NCBI GenBank assembly: GCA_040389185.1
Contig: JAZKAJ010000011.1
Coordinates: 1,033 to 65,032, forward strand
Length of the DNA: 64,000 nt
Direction of reading: 5' to 3'
Source of the DNA: Patescibacteria group bacterium
Lineage (GTDB): Bacteria > Patescibacteriota > Minisyncoccia > Phycocordibacterales > CAIRYW01
Position 1 is the stretch's first letter. Every line of letters starts with the position of its first letter. Below, one piece after another: positions 27,376 to 36,270 of the stretch. Position numbers and translations under genes: made by a program. The notes beneath the pieces are model-generated. The model was not told the origin of the DNA, did not search any database, and saw only the letters and a program-made list of their open reading frames with translations.

Positions 27376-27410
27376 TTTATCCTAGAAAATTTTAGCTGTT
27401 AAAAAAGTTG
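27373..27410 (-). promoter_or_regulatory. conserved 5' leader/promoter block (copy 2) upstream of the NUDIX gene
   Basis: Same 32-nt block as 26505-26536 with a 1-nt T-run difference next to the start codon. Confidence 0.5.
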
Positions 27411-27610
27411 GAAATTATTGTTTTGATTGGTTCTTTGGCTTGGTTGATAAAGATTGGTTTTATGTTGAAATTATAATCTAACGAACTTTTTATTGTTATG
27501 CAATATTGGAGTAACTTGGACTATTTTTAGCATATTATATATAGAAATCATAATGCTTCTGTTCATTCATTCGGCTATATTGCACAACAACAGCTAAAAC
27601 TTTAGAGGAT

Positions 27611-28168
27611 TTATTTGTTCAAAATTTTAAGTGCCTGTTTGATTTTCTCTTGGGTTGTTCCCTCGGTAATTTCTTTGAGTGCTTTTCGCGCATCGTTCTG
27701 ACTGTATCCAAGTGATTGGAGTGCTTCTACCACATCTACATCTCCACTTCCGTGAGAAACGCTTTCATCGTGTTCGAATTTACCCTTAAGTTCAAGTACG
27801 ATCTTGTCTGCATTCTTTTTACCAATGCCAGAAACTTTGGTGAGGTGACTCGTGTCGCCTGAAGAGACCGCCTTTTTGAGTGCACCTATTGTTGTGACAT
27901 TAAGAATTCCGAGCGCTGTTCGCGGGCCAATTCCTGAGATGCCGATAAGAAGCTCAAAGAACTCAAGCTCATCTTTGGTATTGAATCCGAAGAGGTCTTC
28001 TGCATCTTCACGAACTACATGGTGGACCCAGAGAGACCTCTCATGGTCTGTGACACCGCTTTGGATCGTGTCTGTGGTAGCGAAGATTTTGTATCCAATA
28101 TTGTTCACCTCGAGGACGAGGAAACGGTCGGATTTGTCTAAGATTGTGCCTTTGAGGTGAATTATCAT
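27611..28168 (-). CDS. ruvA: Holliday junction branch-migration protein RuvA
   Basis: MIIHLKGTI..., then the HhH pair LIGISGIGPRTALGIL and the C-terminal domain. The longest ORF extends to 28264, but the RuvA-like start is the internal ATG (complement of 28166-28168). Confidence 0.8.
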   Translation of the reverse strand: MIIHLKGTILDKSDRFLVLEVNNIGYKIFATTDTIQSGVTDHERSLWVHHVVREDAEDLFGFNTKDELEFFELLIGISGIGPRTALGILNVTTIGALKKAVSSGDTSHLTKVSGIGKKNADKIVLELKGKFEHDESVSHGSGDVDVVEALQSLGYSQNDARKALKEITEGTTQEKIKQALKILNK

Positions 28169-28244
28169 AAGGTTTAGTATAATGTATAATGTATTAAGTA
28201 TAAAGTGGGGAATTTTGATTATTTTATAATATTTTGGATATTTT

Positions 28245-28775
28245 ATGGAACGCAATCTGCACAATCATGCAAACGAAGAGGTTTATAGTATGGAATTGTA
28301 TAAATCGAGACTAGTGTATACAATCACTTCTTGTGTGGAAGAGGTTCGTGGCCAAATGGGGTATACAAAAAATCAGAGACATGTTGAAGATGGTCGTGCT
28401 TTTCGAGGTGTCTACGACAAAGAAACCCTGGCACTCATAGATGATTGTTTGAAGGGTTTCGAAAGTGCAGTTAGATATATTGAGCGGGAGAGTAACCGAG
28501 ATGCGCTGGGAAAAAAAGCTGAATTCATAGTGAGCAGTATTGATGTACTCAAGTCAAATATTGCAAATATTTACTCAGGAATTGATGATATGAATACTTT
28601 TAATATCGAAGACGAACTCGGGGTGCCTAGTGCGAAAAAGTGGGAAAATATATCTATGGCTACTTATGATGCCGGTCTTGGAACTAGGGAGAGCGAAATG
28701 AAAATATACAAAATAAGATTGGCGAATTTGTGTGAAAATTTACATCGACTTTTCCCTAGTGAAGATCAGGATTAA
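28245..28775 (+). CDS. hypothetical protein
   Basis: 176-aa ORF; no motif; the start may be the internal ATG at about 28290. Confidence 0.3.
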   Translation: MERNLHNHANEEVYSMELYKSRLVYTITSCVEEVRGQMGYTKNQRHVEDGRAFRGVYDKETLALIDDCLKGFESAVRYIERESNRDALGKKAEFIVSSIDVLKSNIANIYSGIDDMNTFNIEDELGVPSAKKWENISMATYDAGLGTRESEMKIYKIRLANLCENLHRLFPSEDQD

Positions 28776-28826
28776 GGACAGGAAACTATAGTTGATATTA
28801 TTAGAATGCTGTGCTATATTGGTCAA

Positions 28827-29090
28827 ATGCCAATTACATCATCAGCAAAAAAAGCACAGAGAGCTTCTAAAAAGAAGGCGGTATATAATATTCGCCGAAA
28901 AAAGGGGGTTGATACTGTTGTTCACGAGATTAAGAAACTAATCAAAGCTAACAAAAAGGAAGAGGCAACAAAACTTCTCCCAAAGGCATACCAAGCGTAT
29001 GATAAGGCTGCGAAAGCAAATACTCTAAGTTCGAACACAGCATCAAGAAAGAAAAGCAGACTATCAAAGTTTATAAAAAACTCAAAGTAA
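28827..29090 (+). CDS. rpsT: 30S ribosomal protein S20
   Basis: MPITSSAKKAQRASKKKAVYNIRRKK...KAYQAYDKAAKANTLSSNTASRKKSRLSKF; basic and alpha-helical as in S20. The longest ORF starts at 28806. Confidence 0.75.
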   Translation: MPITSSAKKAQRASKKKAVYNIRRKKGVDTVVHEIKKLIKANKKEEATKLLPKAYQAYDKAAKANTLSSNTASRKKSRLSKFIKNSK

Positions 29091-29091
29091 G

Positions 29092-29126
29092 AAAAACAAA
29101 ACCCGCGAAAGCGGGTTTTGTTTTTG
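29092..29126 (+). terminator. intrinsic terminator
   Basis: aaaacccgc-gaaa-gcgggtttt followed by gttttt. Confidence 0.6.
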
Positions 29127-29153
29127 TGTGACATGTGATAATTTGATGTCAGC

Positions 29154-29225
29154 CCCTTTGTCGTTCAATGGATAGGACACATCCTTGCGAAGGATGTGAT
29201 AGAGGTTCGATTCCTCTCGAAGGGA
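29154..29225 (+). tRNA. tRNA-Arg (anticodon GCG as read; unusual)
   Basis: Acceptor CCCTTTG/CGAAGGG (one G-U pair); D-arm GTTC-AATGGATA-GGAC; anticodon arm CATCC-TTGCGAA-GGATG; T-arm AGAGG-TTCGATT-CCTCT. Confidence 0.7.
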
Positions 29226-29446
29226 TACAATTAAAAAAAACGTACCGGTTCGTACGTTTTTTTTAATTGTATCCCTTCGAAAAAGTGCTGAACGCACTTT
29301 TGTAGAGGAATCGAACGCCGGAATATATTTTTCGGAGTTGAGAAAAATACGAGGTGGTGACCAGACAAATTCTGCAGGTAGCAGAATTTAGTCGAGGTCG
29401 ATACTCCTCTAGTAGAGGAATCGGGGTACTGAACCTGTAAGAATCG
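29226..29446 (-). repeat. tRNA 3'-half mimic structured element, type-1 copy C (partner tRNA-Arg-GCG), minus-strand sense
   Basis: A 29-bp perfect hairpin (29217-29280) embeds the tRNA 3' end. Read on the minus strand, the element carries sense copies of the T-arm (ggcgttcgattcctct) and the acceptor 3' strand (cgaagggata). The small hairpin aagtgcgttcagcactt lies between those two copies. The type-1 core is cgactaaattctgc-tacct-gcagaatttgtctggtcacca. A partial type-2 block lies at 29422-29446. Confidence 0.6.
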
Positions 29447-29479
29447 ATATTTCATTTTTATTTTTGCTATAATATCTAG

Positions 29480-30040
29480 ATGAACGCTAATGCATTGGAA
29501 CAAGAACCAAAATTCACCATTGAAACACCTAAGGAAGGTGATGAGACAGAGATTGGGAAAATGCATTTACAATCATGGCACGAATCATATACTGATCCAA
29601 AAAGAGGGGTAACAAAAGAAGTGATTGATGAATTTAGAAGTGATACCACGACTGAGAATGGTGACGAGAGAAGAAGAGGTTTTTTCAGAGAAGCGGCAGA
29701 ACATCCAGACAAGATTCTTTACAAAATAGTTAGAAATAGTAAGGGGGAGATTGTGGGCTTTCTTCATTGTACCAAAGGAGAAGAGTTTAATGACCTCGAT
29801 GCAATTTATCTTTTGAATGAAGCAAAAGGGGAAGGTGTTGGAGGAAAACTGATGGAAGAGTTCCTAGCTTGGTCTGACAAGAAAAAACCTTCACATCTTG
29901 AAGTCTTTTCTGCGAATGAAACGGCATTGGGTTTTTATGAAAGATATGGCTTCGCGAAAACTGACAAAGCTCCGAAATTGTATAAAGACAGACTTGAGTA
30001 TATTGAAATGATGCGCCCGGCAGAAGAACAGCAAGATTGA
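29480..30040 (+). CDS. GNAT-family N-acetyltransferase
   Basis: 186 aa; acetyl-CoA binding region GEGVGGKLMEEF and ERYGFAKTD. Confidence 0.65.
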   Translation: MNANALEQEPKFTIETPKEGDETEIGKMHLQSWHESYTDPKRGVTKEVIDEFRSDTTTENGDERRRGFFREAAEHPDKILYKIVRNSKGEIVGFLHCTKGEEFNDLDAIYLLNEAKGEGVGGKLMEEFLAWSDKKKPSHLEVFSANETALGFYERYGFAKTDKAPKLYKDRLEYIEMMRPAEEQQD

Positions 30041-30052
30041 ATATAATAGTGT

Positions 30053-30643
30053 ATGTCTAAACACCTCATTCTCGCCTCAAAATCAGCTGGTAGAAAACTT
30101 ATTTTGGAAAAACTCGGTATTCCATTTGAGGTAATTGTCAGTAACTTCGAAGAAGATATGTCGCTTCCTCTGTCAGCACCAGAACTTGCTTTGTATTTAT
30201 CAAAAGGTAAAGCCGGGACTCTTGTGGAAAAATATCCAGAAGCAATCATTATAGCCGCAGACACCTTTCTTGTTTTTGAAGATAAATTCTTGGGCAAACC
30301 AAAAGATGAGAGTGACGCAAAAGTAATGCTTAAAAAACTTTCAGGTCGTACACATATTGTTGTCACAGGTATGACCGTTCGACAAGGGAAGAAGGAAATC
30401 TCTGAAGTGGTAAATATAGAGGTGACTATGAAAAATTTTGATGAACAAAAAATTAATGAATATGTCGCATCTGGTGAGCCTCTTGATAAGGCTGGATCAT
30501 ATGCCATTCAAGGCAAAGGTGCAGAACTCGTAGAGAAAATAAACGGAGATGTAGACAGTGTTGTAGGTTTGCCACTAAATAGGCTTGTAGAAATTCTAGA
30601 AGATGAATTTGGAGTTCAAGCTAAAACCCCAAAAACTCCATAA
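30053..30643 (+). CDS. maf: Maf-like nucleoside triphosphate pyrophosphatase
   Basis: LILASKSAGRKLILEKLGIPFEV...AADT...GKP...AGSYAIQG motifs of the Maf/Ham1 fold. Confidence 0.8.
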   Translation: MSKHLILASKSAGRKLILEKLGIPFEVIVSNFEEDMSLPLSAPELALYLSKGKAGTLVEKYPEAIIIAADTFLVFEDKFLGKPKDESDAKVMLKKLSGRTHIVVTGMTVRQGKKEISEVVNIEVTMKNFDEQKINEYVASGEPLDKAGSYAIQGKGAELVEKINGDVDSVVGLPLNRLVEILEDEFGVQAKTPKTP

Positions 30644-31088
30644 ACCGGATAGAAAGAGGCTCATCCATTTTTTCTTCTGGAACGTAGTCAAGGAGAAAAT
30701 CTCTAACAGTTTCAGCATCAACATAATCTGTTTCAATTGTAATAACGAGGATTGGATTTAGTAATCTTCCGGTTCGAAGCAGGAGTTTTGGGACATGATA
30801 CTTGCTCTCAAGTACAAAGAAGGCTTTGAAATTTATATGAGGGTAGAGTCTGTCATTGATGAGTAATCCGTCTTTGTTTAGTTCGTAGTCAAGGAGCTGT
30901 GGAGGTTTCTTGGCGAGAGAAAGACTGGTGAGTCCTGCGAGAAGAATGAATATTGCAAAAATGGTGTTGTCGTACATATACGCAATAACAGCGACAGAAA
31001 CAACAATAATTGAAACAGCCCAAAACCAGTCGGCCGTTTTTTCTTTGTATTCAAATTCAAATCCTGTCCATCGAATGCGTTCGTTCAT
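30621..31088 (-). CDS. hypothetical membrane protein (two TM helices plus PH-like C-terminal domain)
   Basis: 155-aa ORF; overlaps the maf stop. Confidence 0.35.
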   Translation of the reverse strand: MNERIRWTGFEFEYKEKTADWFWAVSIIVVSVAVIAYMYDNTIFAIFILLAGLTSLSLAKKPPQLLDYELNKDGLLINDRLYPHINFKAFFVLESKYHVPKLLLRTGRLLNPILVITIETDYVDAETVRDFLLDYVPEEKMDEPLSIRFMEFLGF

Positions 31089-31185
31089 GATAATATTTTA
31101 TCACAACTAGATTTTTTGTGTAAAACAAAAAGAACGAGTGTTGATCACGCTCGTTCTTTTCGACATAATTTTTTGAGCAATACTA

Positions 31186-31542
31186 TTACTTTTCTTGATT
31201 ATTCAATTTCACTGCAGCTTCAGGAGTAGAAACTGTTTTACCCATAAGAAACAATTTGATGATACTTGTTGCAACAACGAGGTATACGAACATTGCGAGA
31301 ATAGTGGTCCATTCAAACGTGCTTCCGGCTACATAAGTGATACTGAACACATTCAAAAATGGAGCGGCAAAAATGTAGGTAATTCCATAAATAAAGCTTG
31401 AGAATCCCGCCGCAGGATTTGCGCCGAGGAGTTTCAAAACAAAACGAAATGCTAAGAGTATTTCTACAAGACCTAGAATATACCAAACTATTTGTGTGCC
31501 TCTGTATAAAGGCTTAGTGGTAGGTGAGTTAAATGAGTCCAT
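31186..31542 (-). CDS. YggT-family membrane protein
   Basis: 118 aa; RFVLKLLGANPAAGF motif and four TM helices. Confidence 0.45.
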   Translation of the reverse strand: MDSFNSPTTKPLYRGTQIVWYILGLVEILLAFRFVLKLLGANPAAGFSSFIYGITYIFAAPFLNVFSITYVAGSTFEWTTILAMFVYLVVATSIIKLFLMGKTVSTPEAAVKLNNQEK

Positions 31543-31610
31543 AAAATTTTTGTGAGTTATTAAATTAATACCTTCATATATGAAGACGACCTACAGTCCT
31601 GTCTATTACA

Positions 31611-32006
31611 TTATTTATTTAACGTTTCTTTCACTTTTTCTACCAGGTCCCCAATAGCCCAATCGGATTTTACGAGATACTCTACATTAGCATCACTGAA
31701 AATGGTTTTGTTCCTGTGTTCGTCATCTGCACCGAGATTTGTGAGGAGAATGACAGGGACATCCTCGCCCCATTTGTTTGCAGCGCGAATTCTTTTGAGC
31801 ATTTCCATTCCGTTCAATTTTGGCATGACCATATCCAAAAGAATAATGTCAGGAGTTTTTTTGAGTGCTATTGCAAGGCCTACTTCTCCATCTTTTGCAT
31901 CTATGATAGAAAATCCCTCTCGCTTAAATTTCATACAAAGTGCGTTTCGAAGTGACACCTCGTCTTCAACTATGAGTAATAATTTTTTTGTGTGAGAGGT
32001 CGGCAT
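31611..32006 (-). CDS. stand-alone response-regulator receiver (REC) domain protein
   Basis: LLIVEDE...D (phospho-acceptor, ILLDMVMP)...K; 131 aa, no output domain. Confidence 0.75.
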   Translation of the reverse strand: MPTSHTKKLLLIVEDEVSLRNALCMKFKREGFSIIDAKDGEVGLAIALKKTPDIILLDMVMPKLNGMEMLKRIRAANKWGEDVPVILLTNLGADDEHRNKTIFSDANVEYLVKSDWAIGDLVEKVKETLNK

Positions 32007-32007
32007 T

Positions 32008-32463
32008 TTATTTTTTAGGCTCGAGACACAGATTTATCTCTTTGATTATATTTTCAAGTTTGTGCTCAGCTTTTATGTAGTAGTGATTTACGCCAAGTTT
32101 TGCATATGTTTTTACGAGATCACTGTTTGAGGTATTTGAAACCACAAAGATAGGAATTTTACTCCACTTGCCATCATTGGCTTTGAATTTAGTTACAAAA
32201 TCAAGTCCATCTTCTTTGCCCAAAAGATTATGGTCGAGCCATATTGCATCGACTCGTTCTAGGTTTTCAATATGTTTTAGGGCTTCAATAATACTGTCTT
32301 TTGTCACAGTACCTTTACCATCCTCTTCAAGAGGGGACCCGAAAGCTCGGATTACACTTCGTGATGTAATTACATCGAAATTGTTTTTTTCAAGTTTCAT
32401 TTTGACTGCCTCGAGTAATGGCTTTTCGTCTTCGATCACTAAAATTGTTTTTTTATTTTTCAT
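32008..32463 (-). CDS. stand-alone response-regulator receiver (REC) domain protein
   Basis: ILVIEDEKPLLEAV...IWLDHNL; 151 aa; 1-nt gap to the downstream REC gene. Confidence 0.7.
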   Translation of the reverse strand: MKNKKTILVIEDEKPLLEAVKMKLEKNNFDVITSRSVIRAFGSPLEEDGKGTVTKDSIIEALKHIENLERVDAIWLDHNLLGKEDGLDFVTKFKANDGKWSKIPIFVVSNTSNSDLVKTYAKLGVNHYYIKAEHKLENIIKEINLCLEPKK

Positions 32464-32476
32464 ATACTATTTTAAA

Positions 32477-33781
32477 TTAAAAATTAACTGGTAATTCGAC
32501 ATTAAATGTTGTGCCCTTATCTTCGACTGATTCAAACCACACCTTTCCTTTGGAATTATCTATGATTGATTTGACCATATAGAGTCCTAGTCCTGTGCCC
32601 TCGGTATCTTTTTCTCTTACATTATCTGCCCGGAAAAGTTTGGTGAATATTTTGCTTTGCTGGTTTTTTGGAATCCCATATCCTGTGTCGGTAATTTTGA
32701 AAAGCAGTGTTTTCTTTTTGTTCACAAGATTGAGTGAGAGTTCGATCTTGCCTTTATTTGGCGTATATTTAATTGCATTCGATAAAAGATTTTGGATGAC
32801 CATTCGAAGAAGCTTCGGATCAGTTTGAATGAGTGGTATATTGGTTCCAAATAGGGGAAAGAGTGAGATCTTCTTTTGATCGATCTGTGGCTTCTGCTCG
32901 TTCACTACTCCTCGGACGAGTGCAGTAACATCTGTTGGTTCTGGCTCAAGGACAAATGTCCCCAGATCCATTCGAGAAACACTAAGGAGCGCATTCACGA
33001 GACCTACCATTCTTTGGTTGCCACGATATACTTCATCCAAATATTTTTCCTGATCGCTATTTAATTTGCCGACATCTCCAGCAAGAAGCATTTCGGTGTA
33101 CCAATTAATCGTTGAGAGGGGTGTGCGAAGTTGATGCGAGGCAAGTGAGACGAATTCTGTTTTTGCTTTGTCTATTTCTTTTTCTTTTGTAATATCTCGG
33201 AATGTTTCAACAACTCCAATGATCTCTCCATCGAGAATGATCGGTGTTACAATACTGCTTGTAGGGAAGCGACTGCCGTCTTTGCGGATATAATAAAATG
33301 GATTTGTAAGGTCAGCTATGACTATTTCGCCTGATAGAACCTTGGTCAAAATTCGTTCGTTGAACTCTACTATCTCACCTTTTTCTGATTCTCTCGGGAT
33401 CACTTCAATAATACTTTTTCCTAATACTTCTTCTTCATTCCATCCCACCATTCTCTCAAAGGCCTGGTTTACATAGGTTATTTTGCCTTCCTTATCTACT
33501 ACAACAAGTCCATCTCCAATACTCTCAAGTATTGCATCACTGATCGCTTTGGTATGAAGAATGTTTTGTTCACTTAATTCCAGCTCGATCGTTTTTTGTT
33601 CAAGGTGAGCATTATTTATTTCCAAATCTTCAAGCACGTTTAAAATCGCTCTTCTGGATAGTCTGATATCCTCGTCATCTATTTTGTTGTCACCTAGTAC
33701 ATCTAAAATTGCTGCCTGATGGTCTTCAAGTTCTTTTTTGTATAGCAGTTCTTTGTTGCTCTGTACTCGATTATGAGGCAT
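32477..33781 (-). CDS. PAS-domain sensor histidine kinase
   Basis: PAS region; H-box SHQLRTPLSTI; N-box LLSNAIKYT; G-boxes DTGYGIP and GTGLGLYMV. Confidence 0.85.
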   Translation of the reverse strand: MPHNRVQSNKELLYKKELEDHQAAILDVLGDNKIDDEDIRLSRRAILNVLEDLEINNAHLEQKTIELELSEQNILHTKAISDAILESIGDGLVVVDKEGKITYVNQAFERMVGWNEEEVLGKSIIEVIPRESEKGEIVEFNERILTKVLSGEIVIADLTNPFYYIRKDGSRFPTSSIVTPIILDGEIIGVVETFRDITKEKEIDKAKTEFVSLASHQLRTPLSTINWYTEMLLAGDVGKLNSDQEKYLDEVYRGNQRMVGLVNALLSVSRMDLGTFVLEPEPTDVTALVRGVVNEQKPQIDQKKISLFPLFGTNIPLIQTDPKLLRMVIQNLLSNAIKYTPNKGKIELSLNLVNKKKTLLFKITDTGYGIPKNQQSKIFTKLFRADNVREKDTEGTGLGLYMVKSIIDNSKGKVWFESVEDKGTTFNVELPVNF

Positions 33782-33786
33782 GTCTT

Positions 33787-34365
33787 TTATTTTTTCGTTG
33801 ACAAAACTTCCAATTCCTTTTTGAGCTCAATCATTTTGAGTTCTCTACCAACCATAGCTTTGTTAAGTAACTGAAGATCGTGCACTCTATCCTCGATCTC
33901 TTTTGTTCTTTCAAGTACTTTTAGTTCAAGTCCTGTTGTGTATTCGGCAAGTTTCTGCTCGAGTTGTTTTCTTTCAGTAATGTCTTCCATTGCAAGCACG
34001 ATCATATGGGCAGTATCAATATCAATCTGTCTTGCGTTGAGGAGTATGGTTTTTTCACCTATGTTTTGGAACGTGTGCTTTACTTCATAATCTTTGACTA
34101 CTTTTTTGAGGGGGAGTATTTCTTCAAGAAGACTTTTGAGGATTGGAATATTCCACTGACCGTTTCCAAGTTCGTAGAGGAATACGTTTTCAGTTTGTTC
34201 GGGTGTCACTTCAAAATTTTGATAAAATGTTGGGTTTGCTGAAACGACTCGAAGATTAGAATCGAGAATGAGAAATGATTCACGGGCTACTTCAACCAGT
34301 GTTTTCATATAGTGGAGAGCAAGCTCTTGAGATTCTTTGGATTTATTTTTTTTGTTTTGATGCAT
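33787..34365 (-). CDS. PAS-domain protein with C-terminal coiled coil
   Basis: 192 aa; PAS-like fold region; immediately upstream of the kinase (5-nt gap). Confidence 0.5.
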   Translation of the reverse strand: MHQNKKNKSKESQELALHYMKTLVEVARESFLILDSNLRVVSANPTFYQNFEVTPEQTENVFLYELGNGQWNIPILKSLLEEILPLKKVVKDYEVKHTFQNIGEKTILLNARQIDIDTAHMIVLAMEDITERKQLEQKLAEYTTGLELKVLERTKEIEDRVHDLQLLNKAMVGRELKMIELKKELEVLSTKK

Positions 34366-34632
34366 TGTTTTGATTGGTTTAAGAGGTAACTAACGATAAA
34401 GCCGTTTGAAACGCTCGTATATTACAGGAGCCAAAGTAATTGACTTACTTTAGGGTTATCTATAATAGCCGTGGAAGTTTCAAACCATTACAAGACTTTA
34501 TGCTACGCAATGAAAGCTATTATTTGTATAGTGTGTTAAGCTTGTTCCTCAGGTATTTCATTCTCTTCCCGGACTACAACATTTATGTATTTGCTGTAAT
34601 AACACGCCGCATAGAACGGCTCTACTTATATA

Positions 34633-35160
34633 ATGACTACAAAACAAGAGGCAGAGCAGGAAGCTCAGATGACTCTTGCTCATGCTGATTTTGATAAGAT
34701 GCTCAATTCTTATGCCTTTTTCAAGGTGAATAATCGGGAGATAGGACAGGATCTTGTACAGGATACGTTCATGAAAACCTGGAACTATCTTTTAAAGGGT
34801 GGAAAAATCGATACAATGAAATCTTTTCTCTACCACGTCTTGAATAATCTGATCGTTGATGAATATCGAAAAAGAAAGAACAAAAGTTCTTCGCTTGATG
34901 TCTTGCTTGATGCAGGTTTTGAACCAGGAATTGATGAATCAGATCGACTCATTAATATTTTTGATGGCAAATCAGCAATACTTCTCATACAGAATCTGCC
35001 TATGGCATATCAGGCTGTGATGACAATGCGGTATGAAAAAGACCTTTCGCTTAAAGAAATATCGATCATTACAGGCAAGTCTGAAAATTCAATTGCTGTG
35101 CAGGTACATAGAGGACTAGGAAAGTTGAAAATCTTATACAATAGTCACGTAAAGCTGTAA
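34633..35160 (+). CDS. ECF-type RNA polymerase sigma factor
   Basis: Region 2 (QDTFMKTWNYL) and region 4 HTH (LSLKEISIITGKSENSIAVQVHRG). Confidence 0.8.
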   Translation: MTTKQEAEQEAQMTLAHADFDKMLNSYAFFKVNNREIGQDLVQDTFMKTWNYLLKGGKIDTMKSFLYHVLNNLIVDEYRKRKNKSSSLDVLLDAGFEPGIDESDRLINIFDGKSAILLIQNLPMAYQAVMTMRYEKDLSLKEISIITGKSENSIAVQVHRGLGKLKILYNSHVKL

Positions 35161-35212
35161 TCCAGGATTTTTACTTTGCTGCATACGTACAGTGATTTGA
35201 TATAATTATCTT

Positions 35213-35878
35213 ATGGATTATCCTTTTATTTCAAAACAAAAAATATATTTTTTGGTATTAGTGATTCTATTTGTTGTCACGCTTGCATCAATCTCCCTTT
35301 TTAAAAATAGGGGAGTGAAAGTCTCATCCGATAATACTAAATCAGTTTCTGACAATGTTGCTGTCAAAGATGAATCGGCCTCATTTGTGATGCCGATCTC
35401 GGATGCTAGCTCACGCATCACCAAAAAACATTTTGGCACTTATGTGACCCCAAAGAATTCTCCCGTATCTCCTGAAGTATTTACTGGTTTCCATACAGCG
35501 GTTGACTTCGAAACATTTCCAAGTGAAAAAGATATTGATGTGCCTATATATGTGATCTGTTCGGGGAAGATTTTAGTGAAGCGAGTTGCAAATGGATATG
35601 GTGGAATGGTAGTGCAAAGTTGTGCGCTTCAGGGTAGTCCGATTACGGTTGTCTATGGACATCTTCGGCTCGCAGATATGAAAGCAATCGTTGGAGATAC
35701 TCTCAAGTCAGGAGAATTCCTTACGAATCTCGGAACTGGATATAGTACTGAAACAGCGGGAGAAAGAAAACACTTACACTTAGGAATCCACAAAGGTGCG
35801 ACTCCTGATACGAGGGGATATATCGCAAACAAAAGTGATCTTCAAAATTGGATAGATTTTGAGCCGTACGTAAAATAA
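35213..35878 (+). CDS. membrane-anchored M23-family (LytM-like) peptidase-domain protein
   Basis: N-terminal TM; HTAVDF (HxxxD) and HLHLGIH (HxH) zinc-ligand motifs; directly downstream of the ECF sigma gene. Confidence 0.55.
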   Translation: MDYPFISKQKIYFLVLVILFVVTLASISLFKNRGVKVSSDNTKSVSDNVAVKDESASFVMPISDASSRITKKHFGTYVTPKNSPVSPEVFTGFHTAVDFETFPSEKDIDVPIYVICSGKILVKRVANGYGGMVVQSCALQGSPITVVYGHLRLADMKAIVGDTLKSGEFLTNLGTGYSTETAGERKHLHLGIHKGATPDTRGYIANKSDLQNWIDFEPYVK

Positions 35879-35896
35879 AGTATAAACAAATAAAAA

Positions 35897-35926
35897 ACAA
35901 AAGGACCGCGAGGCCCTTTTGTTTTT
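35897..35926 (+). terminator. intrinsic terminator-like hairpin
   Basis: caaaagg-accgcgagg-cccttttg followed by a T run. Confidence 0.4.
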
Positions 35927-35949
35927 CTGATGTAAAACGGTCGAATGTC

Positions 35950-36192
35950 TTACACGCTATCTACATGTTCTCCTACTATAGCGTAGTCTGATTGATCGTT
36001 CATGATGAGTACTCCACTGTGCTCATCAATATTTGGAGCAGTCAGCATTGCAGAATATGCATCATTAGCTACTGTTGTCTTTACGAAACCTGACTGATCA
36101 ACATAGGCGAACGTAGCTGCGAAGGATGCTGCTGGGAGAGCAAATACCGCTGCTGCTATTACGACTAACTGAAGATTTGTTATTTTTGTCAT
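35950..36192 (-). CDS. hypothetical small secreted protein
   Basis: 80 aa with signal-peptide-like N-terminus (LQLVVIAAAVFALPAASFAA). Confidence 0.35.
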   Translation of the reverse strand: MTKITNLQLVVIAAAVFALPAASFAATFAYVDQSGFVKTTVANDAYSAMLTAPNIDEHSGVLIMNDQSDYAIVGEHVDSV

Positions 36193-36270
36193 ATATTTAT
36201 TTTAAGTAATTGTTTATTATCTACAGCAAACCATCGATTCGCTTGCTGTCCTTTCGCTTATGATGACGCG

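Noticed and set aside
28169-28264. N-terminal 32-aa extension of the ruvA ORF
   Set aside because: RuvA-like sequence starts at MIIHLKGTI; the extension overlaps the divergent gene at 28245 and has no similarity.
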